DNA of 64,000 bases from Cladosporium halotolerans (taxonomy: Eukaryota), in NCBI RefSeq assembly GCF_011745625.1, contig NW_027191474.1:124001-188000 (forward strand). Direction: 5' to 3'. This document shows positions 1 through 12,700 of the stretch, in pieces. The notes beneath the pieces are model-generated. The model was not told the origin of the DNA, ran no database searches, and saw only the letters and a program-made list of their open reading frames with translations. Both the position numbers and the translations under genes were made by a program. Every line of letters starts with the position of its first letter. Position 1 is the first letter of the stretch.

Positions 1-494
1 CCCAGTACCCACAGTGTAGCAAAGGATCGGAACCTTTGGTCAGTGAATGTCGATGGAAGCAAGTGCAAGCCGGGAAAGAATTATCTCCTGCGCTTCCAAA
101 CAGATTGAGCGAGATTCGAGCGCACACTGGATTACCCGAAGTCTCGGAAGAGTTCGTGCCATGGGTCAGTCCCGGCGGCCAAATCAGCAATGGGCAACTC
201 CGTGCTTAGCATCTTCCCAACCGACGAGGCTGGTGATAAGAACGTCAGTGCTGGTGAACAATACTTAGGGAGTCTGATGAACGGGTCATCGCCTCGCGTT
301 CTGCAATATACACCAGGAAGAAATGGAAGACTCCGGAGAATCAAGGCTCAAGTTCAATATATCATTGCTCTTCTGGTATTTCCATGCGCCTGTATATCCT
401 CATGCCCACATCGGCAGGTGGAGTGATGTCACACCCATAGCAAGCTCTCCATCGGAAACCACATCCATATCATACAGCCTCTCGCCTTCCCCAT

Positions 495-1346
495 CTAATC
501 CTTCTTCAACTCCATGTACTTCTCCTCAATCCCGTCCTTCGTAATGATGAACATCTGCAGCCCATCACCAACCTCGATCTGACGCTCAGCCGCACTCGTG
601 AAAGAATCCGTCACGAGCTCCTCGACCGTCTGCCTCGAAAGCGGCTGCGGGGCCTTGGTGACCTTCTCCAAACCCGAGCCGGACGTGGGATCGTACTGGT
701 TCTTGAGGTTGACCTGGTTGTCGAGGAACGGGGTGATGAGGGAGCTAGCGGCGCCGGCGGAGCGGCAGGTCTCGCGCTCGTAGGAGCCGACGGGGTCGTA
801 GGAGTACAGGGCGCCGACGCCGTTCTCGTCCAGCCCGCCGAGGATGGCGTGGACGTAGTAGGGGAAGAAGCGCTTGTTGTAGAGGATGTGGCTGAGGCGC
901 TGGGCGCAGGCGTGCACGCTCATCTCCTTGTTGTGCTGGAACTTGTACATCTTGACGACGGTGTCGAGGCGCTCCTTGAGCGCGTTGCCGTCGGCCGCGA
1001 AGCCGACGACAGACAGCACGATGCGCGCGCCCTCGTTGGCGCTGCCGGTGCCGCCGATCTTGAAGAGTTTGGGCGCGTAGCGAGAGTTGATGTTGTAGCC
1101 GCTGGTGCTGCGGGTGTCGCCTGCCAGGACGGCGAAGTCGGATCCTGTGATGCCGAGAGTGGTGCCACCGTTGTCTGTGTAGCTGGAGTGAGGGTTAGTG
1201 AGGTGGTGCTTGGAAGAACTGCATCGCGCTTAGACGTACGGGTAGAAGCCATGTTGTCTAGGGCCGCCTGCTACTGATTGAGGTGCTTGAGAGAAAGAGT
1301 ATCCGGGTTCTGAGGTGGGCATGGCGGACTGCATCATGGCGGCCAT
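495..1346 (-). CDS. PRE7: 20S proteasome subunit beta-6 (PSMB1 type), 2 exons
   Basis: ATG at 1346; intron 1183-1239 (GTACGT...CTAAC...CAG) joins GFYP to YTDNGGTTLGITG; downstream motifs GFAADG, FFPYYV, YSYDPVGSYER; C-terminus ELKKD. Confidence 0.95.
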
Positions 1347-2408
1347 CTTGGCCTGTGGAGCGGATTTTAAGGTGCTGGTGCTGGCGATGGTGGTGTAGAC
1401 GTGGAAGAGTTGTCGAGATCGGTCGTAAGCTCGTGCGATGGGAGTGTGAGGTTGAGATGTGGTTGGTGTTGGTGGTGGTGATTAGACGGCCGGGCCAGAC
1501 AGAGCTACACCTGCGCTGCGAGGCGGCCATCGAGTGACGACGCGAGCTGTTGCAGCACGGACCAGCTTCGTGTTTGGCCTCAGGCAGCCATATATTCAGC
1601 TTCATCAACGACCGCGATATGCGTCTCCTTGAGCGTGTCTTTAACGTTTCCTTCTCACTATTCACTAATACCGAAGCTATAATTCTGACTCAAGTCCGAA
1701 ATGACCTGGTATGTCCACAGTCTATTGCATGACCCTCGCAGAAACACATCCCAACCTCGATTGACGCCCCTCCACCATCCCCCGTCGATCCTCGAACACT
1801 CCAAAACTCACATCAAAACACAACGCCACGCCGCAAACACTCGAACAACACGAGCATTTTCGCGAACAGTGATGGCAGAACCAAACCTCACCTCCCTCTC
1901 AAGGCGCAAAACGAGACTGATAGCAAGAGCAAAGCACAGCAAGAATTGATACGGTACAGAGTGTGTGTCTGTCAGAGTCAAAGCTAACCAGCCGCCAACA
2001 CCATAATTCGACTAGGCATCTCCGTCGTCCTTTCGCATTTGCCCTGCCTTGCAAGCCACAACTCGCAAAACTCGCTGTCTATACGCCGCTATGCTGAAGA
2101 AAGAAAAAACGCCATTTCCATTCATTCCCGTCGCTTCCCCCGACCATCCATGGGTCGATCCGTCGTACACCACCGCGGGCGGTATGTATGTGATGTCATT
2201 TGTCGTAGTAGCAGTTGTTGTTGTTGCTGTTCTGACTCTTCTCTCCATCTTCGTTCGTAATCATGATCATAACAAGAGAAAAGGTGAGGTGTTCCCTGCG
2301 TTTTTGTTTTCTCGTTCCGTTTCCATTCGGTCTCATTTCATTCCATTCCATTCCCCTTCCATCTCCATCTTCATCTCCACCGCCACTCCCCCCACAACAA
2401 TATCAACC

Positions 2409-5303
2409 TCACCTCCTCGCCGCACTCCTCCTCCCACTCCCACTCCCACCCCCAGCACCCGCACCCACTCCCCTCCTCCCCCCACCCCCGCCACCACCAT
2501 CCTCCCCCTCATCCTCCTCCACAACCGGCGCCGGCGTCCTCCTCTCCCTCCTCTTCCTCACGCGCCGATTAAAACTAATCTGACTCGCGGAATCGTCCGG
2601 CGCCAGAGACGCCATATCCGCCAAGCCGTCGTCGTCGTACTCATCCTCGAAATCCGTGAACCCGCTGGCGGGCGTGCCGAGCCGCACGCCCGGGTCGGAG
2701 CTGAAACCGCGGCGCATCTGCGCCTGCATGGACAAGCCGGCGGAGCGCTCGCGGACGAGCTGGCGCACGAGCTCGGCGCGGCCGTGCAGGAGCTCGAAGG
2801 CGTCCTCCAGGCGCTCCATGTCGGTGTACAGGTTGCGCTCGAGCTCGGCGAGGACGGCGATCTCGGTGTCTTCGTCGAGCTGGACGGGGGCGGGGGAGGC
2901 GAAGCCGGCAGCGGAAGAGGACTGGGTGGGGGGCCGCGGCGAGGCGCTGTCGGGGGACATGACGTTGCGGAGCGGGGAGAAGGGGGTTGTGCCGCGCGAG
3001 GGGGCGAGGCCGCTGAGGCCGCTGAAGGGGGTTGTGTTGCGGGAGAGCGGGGTGGAGGACTGGTTGCGGGAGGGCCCGCGGGAGGAAGGGGCGTATTGGG
3101 AGGCGGAGGGGGGAAAGGGGGAGTTTTCGGCGCCGGACCAGAGGAAGCCGTCGAAGCGGCCGGAGATGAGGATTTCCCACTCCTGCTCGTTGACTTCGGC
3201 GAGGGTCGCCAGCATGCCGTGGAGTTCCTGGTTGTGGAGGAGGTACATGGCGCATTCGCAGTCTCGGGGCGGGCGCTCGAGCCGGTAGAGTCTCTGCAAG
3301 GCGCGACGAGCTCTCTTCAGGGCTGTCGAGGGGGTGGTGGGTCTCTCGGCTGGGGTGGGTGCGCGAGAGTCCGATATGCTGTTTTGTCCGTGCATCAGGG
3401 CGATGAACAGGTTGCGCTGTCGCGTGTCGAGTTTCGTCATCATAGCAAACATAAGGGTATCTTCGTCAGCCTCTTCGGGCGGGCCGGTGGGCAGCTCTGG
3501 CTGCTGCGAAAGCCAGCTTTGCACAGCCAATTTCGTCTTCTGGTTCTGCCGCTTGTAGTGGTCGCGGTATTCGTCGGGTACGTCGATGTCGATCTTCTGC
3601 ATGGGAGCCTCTGTGGCGCCGAGGATGCCGAGCCCACCCTCGTCGGGCTGTATGGCGAAAGGAGGCCACGGTGGAAGCTCACGGCGGCCGGAGACAAACT
3701 CCAAGATCTCGCCCCAGCTCACGCCAGAGTCTTCCTCGTCGGACAAGTACGGCTGCGGCACGGTGCTGCAAGTCACGCAGTCGCAGCGCACGCCGGAGAT
3801 GTCACGGGCGAAGATCTGTGACAGCTTGTCCAGCAAGCGTCGAGCGACCGAGCGGTATCCTGTGGCGACTGCGACCGAACCATTCCGGCGTAGAACGTGG
3901 AGGAAGTCATCCAGGCGCTTGTAAAGAGGCGAAAACACCTTCTGATACTCTTCCAGCGGCGCCGCCTGGTACATTGCCGGTGATTGGTACATTGCATACT
4001 GCACTGGTTTATTCGCATCGCTCGACACCAGCTTCTTGGAGATCATGTAAGGCAGACCTCCGTTCTTCAATAGATAGTCCACCCTGGGAGCCTGAGTTGG
4101 TGCGGCCATTGGAGGAGGTGGCGGGGGTGGAGGCATGCCAGCGTATCCGGTGGGCGTTCTTCCAGATTCCATAGACTGCACCGACCCGTAACCGCCACCC
4201 ACATCAATGATGGGCGTCTTCGTGGTAGACGGGTAGTGAGGATCAACATTGGTAGGCGTCTTCGGTTGCGAGTCAGAGGCAGAAGGCGGGGAATTGCTGT
4301 TGACGGGCACGATATTCGGTGTCCTCCTGGCCTTCCGATCTGGGGCAATCGACGTGGCGTCAGAATCCTCAGTCGCCTCGGTGTTCTGCGTGACGGTCGA
4401 CGCGGGCTGCGAGCCCGTAGACGCTGTCCGGCGGTAACTGCTCGTGGGCGTGGATTTGCGCTCGGCCTCGTCAGGGAATGCGCCCGGCATGCTGGAGACC
4501 TCGCTCTCTGTGAACCGAGCCTCTTTCCGCAGACTCGCACCCGACTTAGCATTCTTCACGCCGTTCGCCTTCGGATCAATTTCTGCGCTCCTCCTCCCGC
4601 CGTGCCCGTCCGCCTTCGCCTTGTCCGCAGCTTTTCTCATGCTGGCCCCACTTCCTGACCGCCTCACCTCGGGCTCGTCTGCGGTAAGCGGTGGACTTGG
4701 GGGTGTGCGGCTGTTCGTCGGCTCTGATCTCCTGCGTTTGTCCTTGTCGGCGTCCAGATCGGCGGATGCAGTCGTGTTCACGTCTTCCTTGCTGTGGACG
4801 GCCTCCCGGCTGTGCTGCTTGCTGAAGTTCGGGTAGGAGGTCCGCGACCTGGAATCCGAGGGGAGGTTGCTCCGGCGATCCATCTCAGGGACGGTCATTT
4901 TGACTTTCCTCGACCCCTTCTCCGAGGGCGTGGTGGACTTGAGGGAATCGGAGCTCCGGCTGTTCTTGTCCCTGTGGTCGCGGTCCCGCTCCTTGTGGCG
5001 GTCGGAGCGGTCGGAGCGGTCTCGGTCCCTGCTGGCGGTGCGGCGCTTCACCTTGCGGCCGCTGCTGGTGGTGGACGAGGGGGATTTGTGCGAGGAGCGG
5101 TGTTTGTCGCGGGAGAGGTTGCTGTCACGGTCGCGGTCGTGGTCGCGGTCGCGGTCGCGGTCGTAGTCCTTGCGTCGCCGGCGTGGGGTGTCATCGTCAC
5201 GGGACGAGGGCATGTTGTGGTGTGGGAGAGGCGGCGGCGGCGGCGGAGGCTGCGACAACGGCAGGGCAGTGTCTCGCGGATCTGGGTAATTGGGCATGGG
5301 CAT
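2409..5303 (-). CDS. Conserved fungal protein with a long R/S/D/P-rich disordered N-terminus and a conserved core; function unknown
   Basis: Uninterrupted ORF of about 960 aa; core motifs PRVDYLL, VAVATGYRSVARRLLDKL, CDCVTC and SGRFDGFLWSG. The start could be 5303 or 5213. I recall homologues being labelled 'G/T mismatch glycosylase', but I see no motif supporting that. Confidence 0.8.
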   Translation of the reverse strand: MPMPNYPDPRDTALPLSQPPPPPPPLPHHNMPSSRDDDTPRRRRKDYDRDRDRDHDRDRDSNLSRDKHRSSHKSPSSTTSSGRKVKRRTASRDRDRSDRSDRHKERDRDHRDKNSRSSDSLKSTTPSEKGSRKVKMTVPEMDRRSNLPSDSRSRTSYPNFSKQHSREAVHSKEDVNTTASADLDADKDKRRRSEPTNSRTPPSPPLTADEPEVRRSGSGASMRKAADKAKADGHGGRRSAEIDPKANGVKNAKSGASLRKEARFTESEVSSMPGAFPDEAERKSTPTSSYRRTASTGSQPASTVTQNTEATEDSDATSIAPDRKARRTPNIVPVNSNSPPSASDSQPKTPTNVDPHYPSTTKTPIIDVGGGYGSVQSMESGRTPTGYAGMPPPPPPPPMAAPTQAPRVDYLLKNGGLPYMISKKLVSSDANKPVQYAMYQSPAMYQAAPLEEYQKVFSPLYKRLDDFLHVLRRNGSVAVATGYRSVARRLLDKLSQIFARDISGVRCDCVTCSTVPQPYLSDEEDSGVSWGEILEFVSGRRELPPWPPFAIQPDEGGLGILGATEAPMQKIDIDVPDEYRDHYKRQNQKTKLAVQSWLSQQPELPTGPPEEADEDTLMFAMMTKLDTRQRNLFIALMHGQNSISDSRAPTPAERPTTPSTALKRARRALQRLYRLERPPRDCECAMYLLHNQELHGMLATLAEVNEQEWEILISGRFDGFLWSGAENSPFPPSASQYAPSSRGPSRNQSSTPLSRNTTPFSGLSGLAPSRGTTPFSPLRNVMSPDSASPRPPTQSSSAAGFASPAPVQLDEDTEIAVLAELERNLYTDMERLEDAFELLHGRAELVRQLVRERSAGLSMQAQMRRGFSSDPGVRLGTPASGFTDFEDEYDDDGLADMASLAPDDSASQISFNRRVRKRRERRTPAPVVEEDEGEDGGGGGGGRRGVGAGAGGGSGSGRRSAARR

Positions 5304-5655
5304 GGCCGCTGGCGCTGGGTGAGCGACGGGCCGGGCTTCGCAAGCCACAGCGCGTGGAGGAATGGCTCGCGGTGGGGCTCGCCCGCTGCCGTACCGTGGC
5401 TCGGCGCCTCAGGCCGCGACAGAGCTGCCGTATGGAGTGTGTATAGACGAATATCCTATCACGTGGTGGAGATGGTGGTGGGTGGCTGTCTCGCTGCAGC
5501 TAATGCGAGGATGAAGTGATGTAAGTGATGTACGGCGCGGCGCATGGGGAGCTGGGCGGGTTGGCAGAGAGCTGGCTACGTCGAATCGTGGCGTGGCGGC
5601 GTTCGGCGGCTCGCGTGCTGCTACAGTAGGTAGACCGCTAGACCGCACCCGGGTA

Positions 5656-5682
5656 GACTGACGAGACTGACGAGACTGACGA
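5656..5682. repeat. (GACTGACGA)x3 tandem repeat
   Basis: Read directly; each unit contains TGACG; lies upstream of the minus-strand gene. Confidence 0.8.
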
Positions 5683-5930
5683 TGGCCCAAGACTCCCAAT
5701 TTGACTTTGGGCAGCCGCCAGCAGTCGATGCCGCCAGGGTCCAATCACATGAAAAGACAGGCATGTGCCGACAGAAATAGGTGCGCGTTATCGATGCATA
5801 TCTCGGTGTAACATCCGGGCCATTGAGTCACATGATTGGAAGTATTCGAAGTATTGGAAGTGTGCCCAACGTTCCTCGGCACAGACTGTGGCAGTCGGCG
5901 GAGATGATGAGGACAGAGATCGGTGTAGAA

Positions 5931-6118
5931 AGGGTTAGGGTTGGGTATTGACAGCTATCTGCATTGGTGTTTTCTGCTCGTAACGAAGTTCGACAAATCT
6001 CATCTTGACGAGCTTCTATTTGATGCAGTGTGCACTCGTGTAGGCTGTAGTCGATTTGAGGCCAATCATGTATGGTTGTCAGATTGATGAGCTTACGGTA
6101 AATAGGGTTAGGGTTGGG
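5931..6118 (+). repeat. Two copies of telomere-like AGGGTTAGGGTTGGG
   Basis: Identical 15-mers at 5931-5945 and 6104-6118. Confidence 0.85.
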
Positions 6119-7767
6119 GTACCATCACGCGTTCAACATCTGGTTACTTGGGCAAAAAACCGGCATAAATGTCATTCTTTCGCCGATTATGAATTCCTTG
6201 CCTACTTTCGATAGTTCGAGTCAACAGGTTAGGCGAATTGCCTCGTGGCGGGTCCTCCTGTGTTCTTTTGTCGTCTAAGCTGCGCTGAAACCCTTAGAGG
6301 GTGTAGAGAACGCGCTTTTGCATTGCCTTCTTTTTGATTGCAGCAATTCAACCTGTAGACAAAGATTGAAAACCAATCAAGGATGGACCAATGCGACCAT
6401 CCAAGACAACGATCAATTTGATCAATACAAAAAAGAGCATAGTGCCCTACTGACCTGTGCGGTGCACGAGAAGCAAGGAGTTTCCGGGCCCCGATATTCC
6501 AACATCTCGGAAGCCCATCCATCTACTTCACGCATCAAGACACCTTGGTAGCGAACGCGAAACCACAAGCTGACAATAGATTCTTTCACGGTCCGAAGCA
6601 AAGAACACCAACGCAACGAACACTCTCAGGCACGGCACGTGTTGATAAGCAGGCAAGGGAGGACAACACCCTCCTCTCGTCCTCGTTCTCCCGCGCGCCA
6701 CCCAAGAAGCATCACGACACCCTGGTAGCAAACGGGGAGATCAGGGCTAACGATAACCTCTGCCGCCAAAGAATAGGAAGAAGCTGCAAGCGCAAATCCC
6801 TACCAACCAGTGTGGCCAGCAAAGAGTCTCATTCGTCCACAGCACACTGGTCACTCAGACGACGACCGACGTCGAGACGCGCTCTCTCGGGTAGACCTCA
6901 ACCTCGATAACCACACCGAAGAGGGTAACACCTCATCTCGCGAAAAGCATAGATAAAAACGGCATCGAAACTCTCACACACGTACAGTACAATCAGAGCC
7001 GCCCGAGCGGTCACTCGCCCAACACTCTCCCCACTCGGTGGTGCCACCACCACCACCACCACCGAGCGAGACACCGCCACCTCACCCTCCTCCCACACCC
7101 CCTACTCCGCCGCGCGACTCAGAGCGCAAAGAGAAAGGACACCGTTGATTGGGGAAGCTCTCCGATGCAAATGGCCATCGAAGTGTGTGCATAGAGAAGG
7201 GTAGTACCCTGATCTGAGGGAAGGATCAAGATGATGCTACGGACCTGGAGGAAGAAGCATTGAACTCTCAGAGGTGTGATATGATTAGATGAGAATGTAG
7301 GAGATGGTAGCTTTCTTAGCTGTTCCTTTGATCGTGTGGAAGGAGGATGGAAACGCGATTTGGAACGAATTAATCGCTTCTCTGAGGATTAATAGCGCCT
7401 GATGAGTATGCCGGTGATGGCAGCACCACGCACTTCTTCGCAGGATCGGAGGGAGAAGCTGCGAGTTCTCCATGGAAAGATTCGATCTGGTGGGTATGCA
7501 GATGATGATAGCACCGCTTCCTCCTTCGAGGTGTCAGGCAACGTGACGCCGACCGAAAGGGTCTCTCTCACAAATTACTGAATCCTGATAGTAGGATGGG
7601 GATGGTAGCAGCACCTACTTCTCCCCAGCCTCGGAGAAGGCAGGGCCAGACCGACCGGGCTCTCCGACGAGAATGCGAATCACAGTAGTACACGGCGGAT
7701 GGTAGCAGCACATATTCAGACTTCATGCTCGAAAAAGGCCCACAAGCACTTCATTACCACCACCAAC

Positions 7768-8871
7768 TCAACGACGCCTGTGCTCGCGGCTCCTCTCTCT
7801 CCGCCTATGCCCGTCTCTATCCCTCTCATGCCGCCTGTGTCTGTCCTCCCCACGATCGCGGTGGTGGCGATCCCTGTCGTCCCGCCTGCGCCGCTCGCGG
7901 TCACGGCTGTCCTCGCGCCTATGGCGCCTTCCCTCGCCCTCCCTCTCCCGCCTTCTTTCCCCCTCTCCCTCCCTCTCCCGCCTCCTCTCCCTCCTCTCGA
8001 ACTCCCTCTCATGCCTCTCTCTCTCCTCCTTCTCCTCCCTCGCCCTCGCCTCCTCCTCCGTAAACGTCTCCCCCGTCCTCTTATCCCTCAGCAACACCGG
8101 GTTATACACCACGGGCTCCCTGCCCCCCTTCCCGCGCGCCGCCTTCCCCCACGCGCCCAGCTCCTGCGCCACGGCCGCCTCCTCCTTCGCGCCGATGCCC
8201 AGCAGCGCAGGCCGGCGCGCGGGGACCTTCTGCGCCTCGACTTTCCTCCCCTTGTCGTTGCCGATGCCGTCGCCCTCCTTCCAGCCCATGCCGCGCAGCA
8301 TGGCGGCGCCGAACTGCTCCACGGGCACGCGCGCGTAGTCCTCCAGCGTCGCCATGTCGGGCGCGGTCTTGTAGTCCTGCTGGAAAGCGTCTTCCTCCGT
8401 GACGGCGGGGATGGTGAGGTCGGACTTCTTCGTGCGGCCCAGCAGGGCGTCCATGGCTTCTTGGTCCTCTGTGTTGGTGTTTGTGTTCGTCTCCGGCGCG
8501 TTCTCCTCCTCCTTCTCCGGCGCATTCGCCTCTCCCCTCTGCATCCGCCTCTTCTTCACCGCCTCGGCCTTCCAGTCGCGATTCCTCAGATTCTCGATCA
8601 CCAGCGGGCCCTTGTCGACGACTTTCCTGTCCTCGTCGATGGCGCCGCCGGCCTGGGAGTCGAAGTGTGAGACTTTTGTCGCGCGGCGGGCGTGGAGTTG
8701 TTTGGCTTCGTCATCGTCAGAGTCGCCGTCATCCTCGTCCTGGAGAGCGTCGCGTGGGCGTTTGGTTCCTGCTGCTGCTGCTGGGGTGCCGGGTTTCTTC
8801 TTGAGGGTCAGGGAGAGTTTCTGTGTAGGTTGGGCCTGTTGATCTTGGGGAGGCGAGTCGAAGTGTGCCAT
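7768..8871 (-). CDS. SPP2: Pre-mRNA splicing factor Spp2 (G-patch, Spp2/MOS2 type)
   Basis: ATLEDYARVPVEQFGAAMLRGMGWKEGDGIG...RRPALLGIGAK G-patch; R/E/D-rich tail; ATG at 8871 (MAHFDS). Confidence 0.88.
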   Translation of the reverse strand: MAHFDSPPQDQQAQPTQKLSLTLKKKPGTPAAAAGTKRPRDALQDEDDGDSDDDEAKQLHARRATKVSHFDSQAGGAIDEDRKVVDKGPLVIENLRNRDWKAEAVKKRRMQRGEANAPEKEEENAPETNTNTNTEDQEAMDALLGRTKKSDLTIPAVTEEDAFQQDYKTAPDMATLEDYARVPVEQFGAAMLRGMGWKEGDGIGNDKGRKVEAQKVPARRPALLGIGAKEEAAVAQELGAWGKAARGKGGREPVVYNPVLLRDKRTGETFTEEEARAREEKEERERHEREFERRERRREREGEGERRREREGEGRRHRREDSRDRERRRRDDRDRHHRDRGEDRHRRHERDRDGHRRRERSREHRRR

Positions 8872-9592
8872 CTTGAGCGAGGGTGGGGTGTCGGGTGTGT
8901 GGTGTTGTGAGCGTTGTCGTGAAGGTTGGCGCAAGCGATGCGCTCGCTTTACGCGAGGAAGGTTCCCGTGTCTGCTGAAAGTTCAAGTATGCTCAAAGCA
9001 GGCCGCGTCCAGTGCGTAAGTGGTCTTGGTAGTGATTTTGGCAACGACCTTGAGTGGCCTTCAAGTCGTAGCGGTAGCGGTCAAGAGAGGTTGCGTGATT
9101 GTGCTGTGCGCAAGAAAGTATTCAATTAATTGCCTAGGCACGGCGACACAAGTTCCAAACGCCGACGACAGTCGCGACGAAGGTTCGAAAGCAAGAGGCA
9201 GGTCACGCGAGCCTCGGCGGGGCTCAAGATTGAGATCAGATCAGATCTGTCTGAAAGTTTTGAGCCTCAGGCCCCAAACACTTTCTAACGGTGGAGCTGA
9301 CAGGTACATGTCGTCATGATGCAGCGACTGGCGACGTCGTTTGGTGGGATGTCGTCTGCTAACGGCACGAGATTTGGATGGTGCTGTGGAGTATACTGGC
9401 AATAATGGGTACGATTGCATGACTGCATGAGCTCAACGATTGTGGGAGAAAATTGTCAAGGTAGTACATGTATGTCACGACATTGAGCATTCGCACTTCA
9501 CCTCACCTCCTACAAGTAAGTCTATCTTGACTGCAAGCTGGATCACAAGCCATTGGCAAGGCGGAGCACATACCTTGTTGCTCAGCAGCACC

Positions 9593-9611
9593 CTCTCTCT
9601 CTCTCTCTCTC
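9593..9611. repeat. (CT)n microsatellite
   Basis: Read directly, upstream of the NRPS-like gene. Confidence 0.85.
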
Positions 9612-9784
9612 ACTTACCGTACCACTCCCAACCCTACGACGACAGGAGGAGACACAAACTCAACGATCAGCATCACTCACTTCCAATCACGCCTGGAGTC
9701 CAGAATCTCACGTCCACTCTCCTGGAACAAGACCCAGTAAAACCCCCTCACCCTCCCTCACCCAGGGAGACGAAGAAAACGAAA

Positions 9785-12700
9785 ATGGTCGAACAAACCT
9801 ACTTCACCACCCCGCTCAACCACGCCGCCAGCGCAGGGAACCAACTCCTTCTGAAAGGAATCACCACCGTCCCCGCCTTCCTCGCCCACGCCGCGTCCAC
9901 AACCCCCGACTCCCAAGCCGTAGCATTCCCCGTCCCACCCAAAGAAAAAGACAGCAAACAGCCCTGGACCTCCGAAATCTACACCTTCGCCGACCTGCAC
10001 GCGCTCTCCAGCACTCTCGCGCAGCACCTCCTATCCCAACACCCCACCGCCCTCTCCCCATCCAACCGAACGACCATCGCCCTCCTCTGCCCGAGCACGT
10101 CAACTTTCCTCTTCACCTGGCTCGCGCTGCAGAAACTCGGACACGCCGTCCTGCTCATCGCACCACAGTGTCGCCCCGCAGCCATCAGATCACTCTGCAC
10201 GCAGAGCGGCGCAACCCTCCTCTTCTTCGACGAAGCGTACGGCGAGCTCGCGCGCGAAGCGTCCGCAGCCCCAGAAACCCCCCTCGAAGCAGCGCAGCTC
10301 CCGCCCTCCCTCCCCAGCACCTCTGCCTCCTCCGTCGACCTCCCCTCCCCCACCCCACCAATCCACGAGTCCGAAACCGCCTACCTCCACCACACCTCCG
10401 GCACCTCCAGCGGCACGCCCAAACCCATCCCGCAGCCCCACCGCGCAGCGATCGGCGTCTTGCCCTGCATCGCAGCGAACGCCTCCAAAGCAACCTTCAC
10501 CACGACGCCGCTGTACCACGGCGGGATAGCAGACTGCTTCCGGGCGTGGGCGAGCGGGGCGCTGGCGTGGCTGTTCCCCGGCAAGGGGCTGCCGATCACG
10601 GCGGCCAACGTGGTCAGGAGCCTCGACGTCGCGGCCTCCGCGGCGGCAGAACAGGGCGCTGCGCGCGTGGCGTACTTCAGCAGCGTGCCGTACGTGCTGT
10701 CCATGCTCGAGGCCTCCAGCCCAGGGCTCGCACACCTGCAGCGGATGGAGATCGTCGGCGTGGGCGGCGCGGCGCTGCCGGGCGAGATCGGCGACCGGCT
10801 GGTGCGGCAGGGCGTGAACTTGATATCGCGCTTCGGCAGCGCGGAGTGCGGGTTCCTGATGAGTTCGCACAGAGACTACGCGAAAGACAGCGAGTGGCAG
10901 TATCTCCGGTGCAGCGAGGACGCGGCGTTCGTGAGCTTCGAGGCGCGCGAGGGAGGGCTGAGCGAGCTGGTGGTGCGGGTCGGGTGGCCGCACATGGCGA
11001 AGCGGAACCGGGGGGACGGGGCGTTCGCGACGGCGGATCTGTTCGAGGCGCATGCTTCTATTGCTGGCGCGTGGAAGTACCATTCGCGGGCGGACGCGCA
11101 GCTGGCGCTGGTGACGGGGAAGAAGTTCGATCCGGCGCCGCTTGAGTCCGCGATGGCGACTTCGGAGCTGGTGGAGGACGCGGTGATGTTCGGGAATGGC
11201 AGGCCGTATCCCGGCGTATTGCTGTTTAGGTCTGAGAAGGCGAGGGGGCTTAGTGATGGGGAGTTTGTGCAGGAAGTCTGGCCGGGGATTGAGAAGTTGA
11301 ACGCTGAGAGTCAAGATCACGCGAGGGTGTCGAAGGGGATGCTGGTGCCCATGCCTGTGCTGGAGCAACCGCTCGAGAAGAGCAGCAAAGGGACGATCCT
11401 GCGCGGCGCGGCCGAGAAGCGGTTCAGTACAGAAATCGAACATGCGTACGACGATGCAGACGACGACGGCGAAACCTCCAACATCCCCGACGCCGCCCTC
11501 CCATCAAAAATTAAATCAATCGTCACGACAATCGCACCGCGCAAAGCCGAACTAACCGACACAACGGACCTCTTCTCCTACGGCATCGACTCAGTAGCCG
11601 GCATGCAGATTCGCGGCCGCCTGCGCGCGCTCCTGCCACCCTCCAACCGGGACCTGCCCATCACCGTCGTCGAAGACTACCAAACAGTGACCGGGCTGGC
11701 AGACTACATCCTCAAGCGGCGGCACGGGCAGGCCGTTGGGCAAGGCCAGGCCGACGCCGACGACGAGCTGGCGCTCATGAAGAGCCTCGTGGAATCGTAC
11801 GGCAATTTCCCAGCATCGGCGAGCGAAGAAACGACAACGACAACGCCAACATCGACGACGGGCAAGGCCAACGTCAACGGCGACGTCGAAGACGACGGCA
11901 GAGACACCATCGTCCTGACAGGCGCAACAGGCGCCCTAGGCGCTCACGTGCTGGACCAGTACCGGTCGCTCGCGCGCGTGCGCAGGGTGTACTGCCTCGT
12001 GCGCGGGGCGAGCGCGCAGGCCGCCCGCTCGCGGGTAGCGAAAGCGTTGGCGGCGCGCAAATTGCGCGCGTTGGACAACGAAGACGACGGCCAAGGAGGA
12101 AAAGTCATCGTCCTGCCCGCGCAGCTGGCGGACCCCCGTCTCGGGCTCGACGACGAAACGTACAGACGGGTGGCCGCTGAGGCCACGGGCATCGTGCACG
12201 TCGCGTGGGCGGTCAACTTCCGGATGAAACTGCGCAGTTTCGCGCACGACAGCATCGGCGGGCTGGCGAACCTGATCTCGCTCGCGCTCGCGGCGCCTCG
12301 AAGCCAGCCCGCGCCGCGCGTAGCCTTCTGCTCCTCCGTCGCCAGCGTGATGGCGTACTCCTCCTCACCCATCCCAGAAGCCCTCGTCGACGACCCCGCG
12401 GCCGCGAGCGAGCTGGGCTACAGCCGGAGCAAATGGGTCGCGGAGCAAGTGTGCGCGCGGGCGGAGCAGCACCCGCGGCTCGCAGGGCGCGTCGCGGTGT
12501 TCCGCGTCGGGCAGCTGGCGGGGGCGAGCGACACGGGGGTGTGGAACGCGAAGGAGGCGTGGCCGCTGATGCTGAGCAGCGTGCGCGAAACCAACGCGCT
12601 GCCGGACCTAGGAGGTGAGGTGCTGGACTGGCTGCCGGTGGACGTGGCGGCGCGGGCGATGGTGCAGGGGGCGGAGCCCAGGATCGACGGCAGAGCACCG

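Noticed and set aside
2049..3821. 590-aa plus-strand ORF
   Set aside because: Antisense shadow of the 2409-5303 gene, low complexity, no motifs.
5895..6130. Telomerase RNA template or box C/D snoRNA
   Set aside because: No exact TAACCCTAA template; TGATGA motifs lack a suitably placed CTGA D box.
7034..7066. 10-bp inverted repeat CTCGGTGGTG/CACCACCGAG
   Set aside because: Largely a by-product of a CAC microsatellite; no other support.
9553..11145. 530-aa alternative-frame ORF inside the NRPS-like gene
   Set aside because: R/P/G-rich product typical of an off-frame reading of GC-rich coding DNA.
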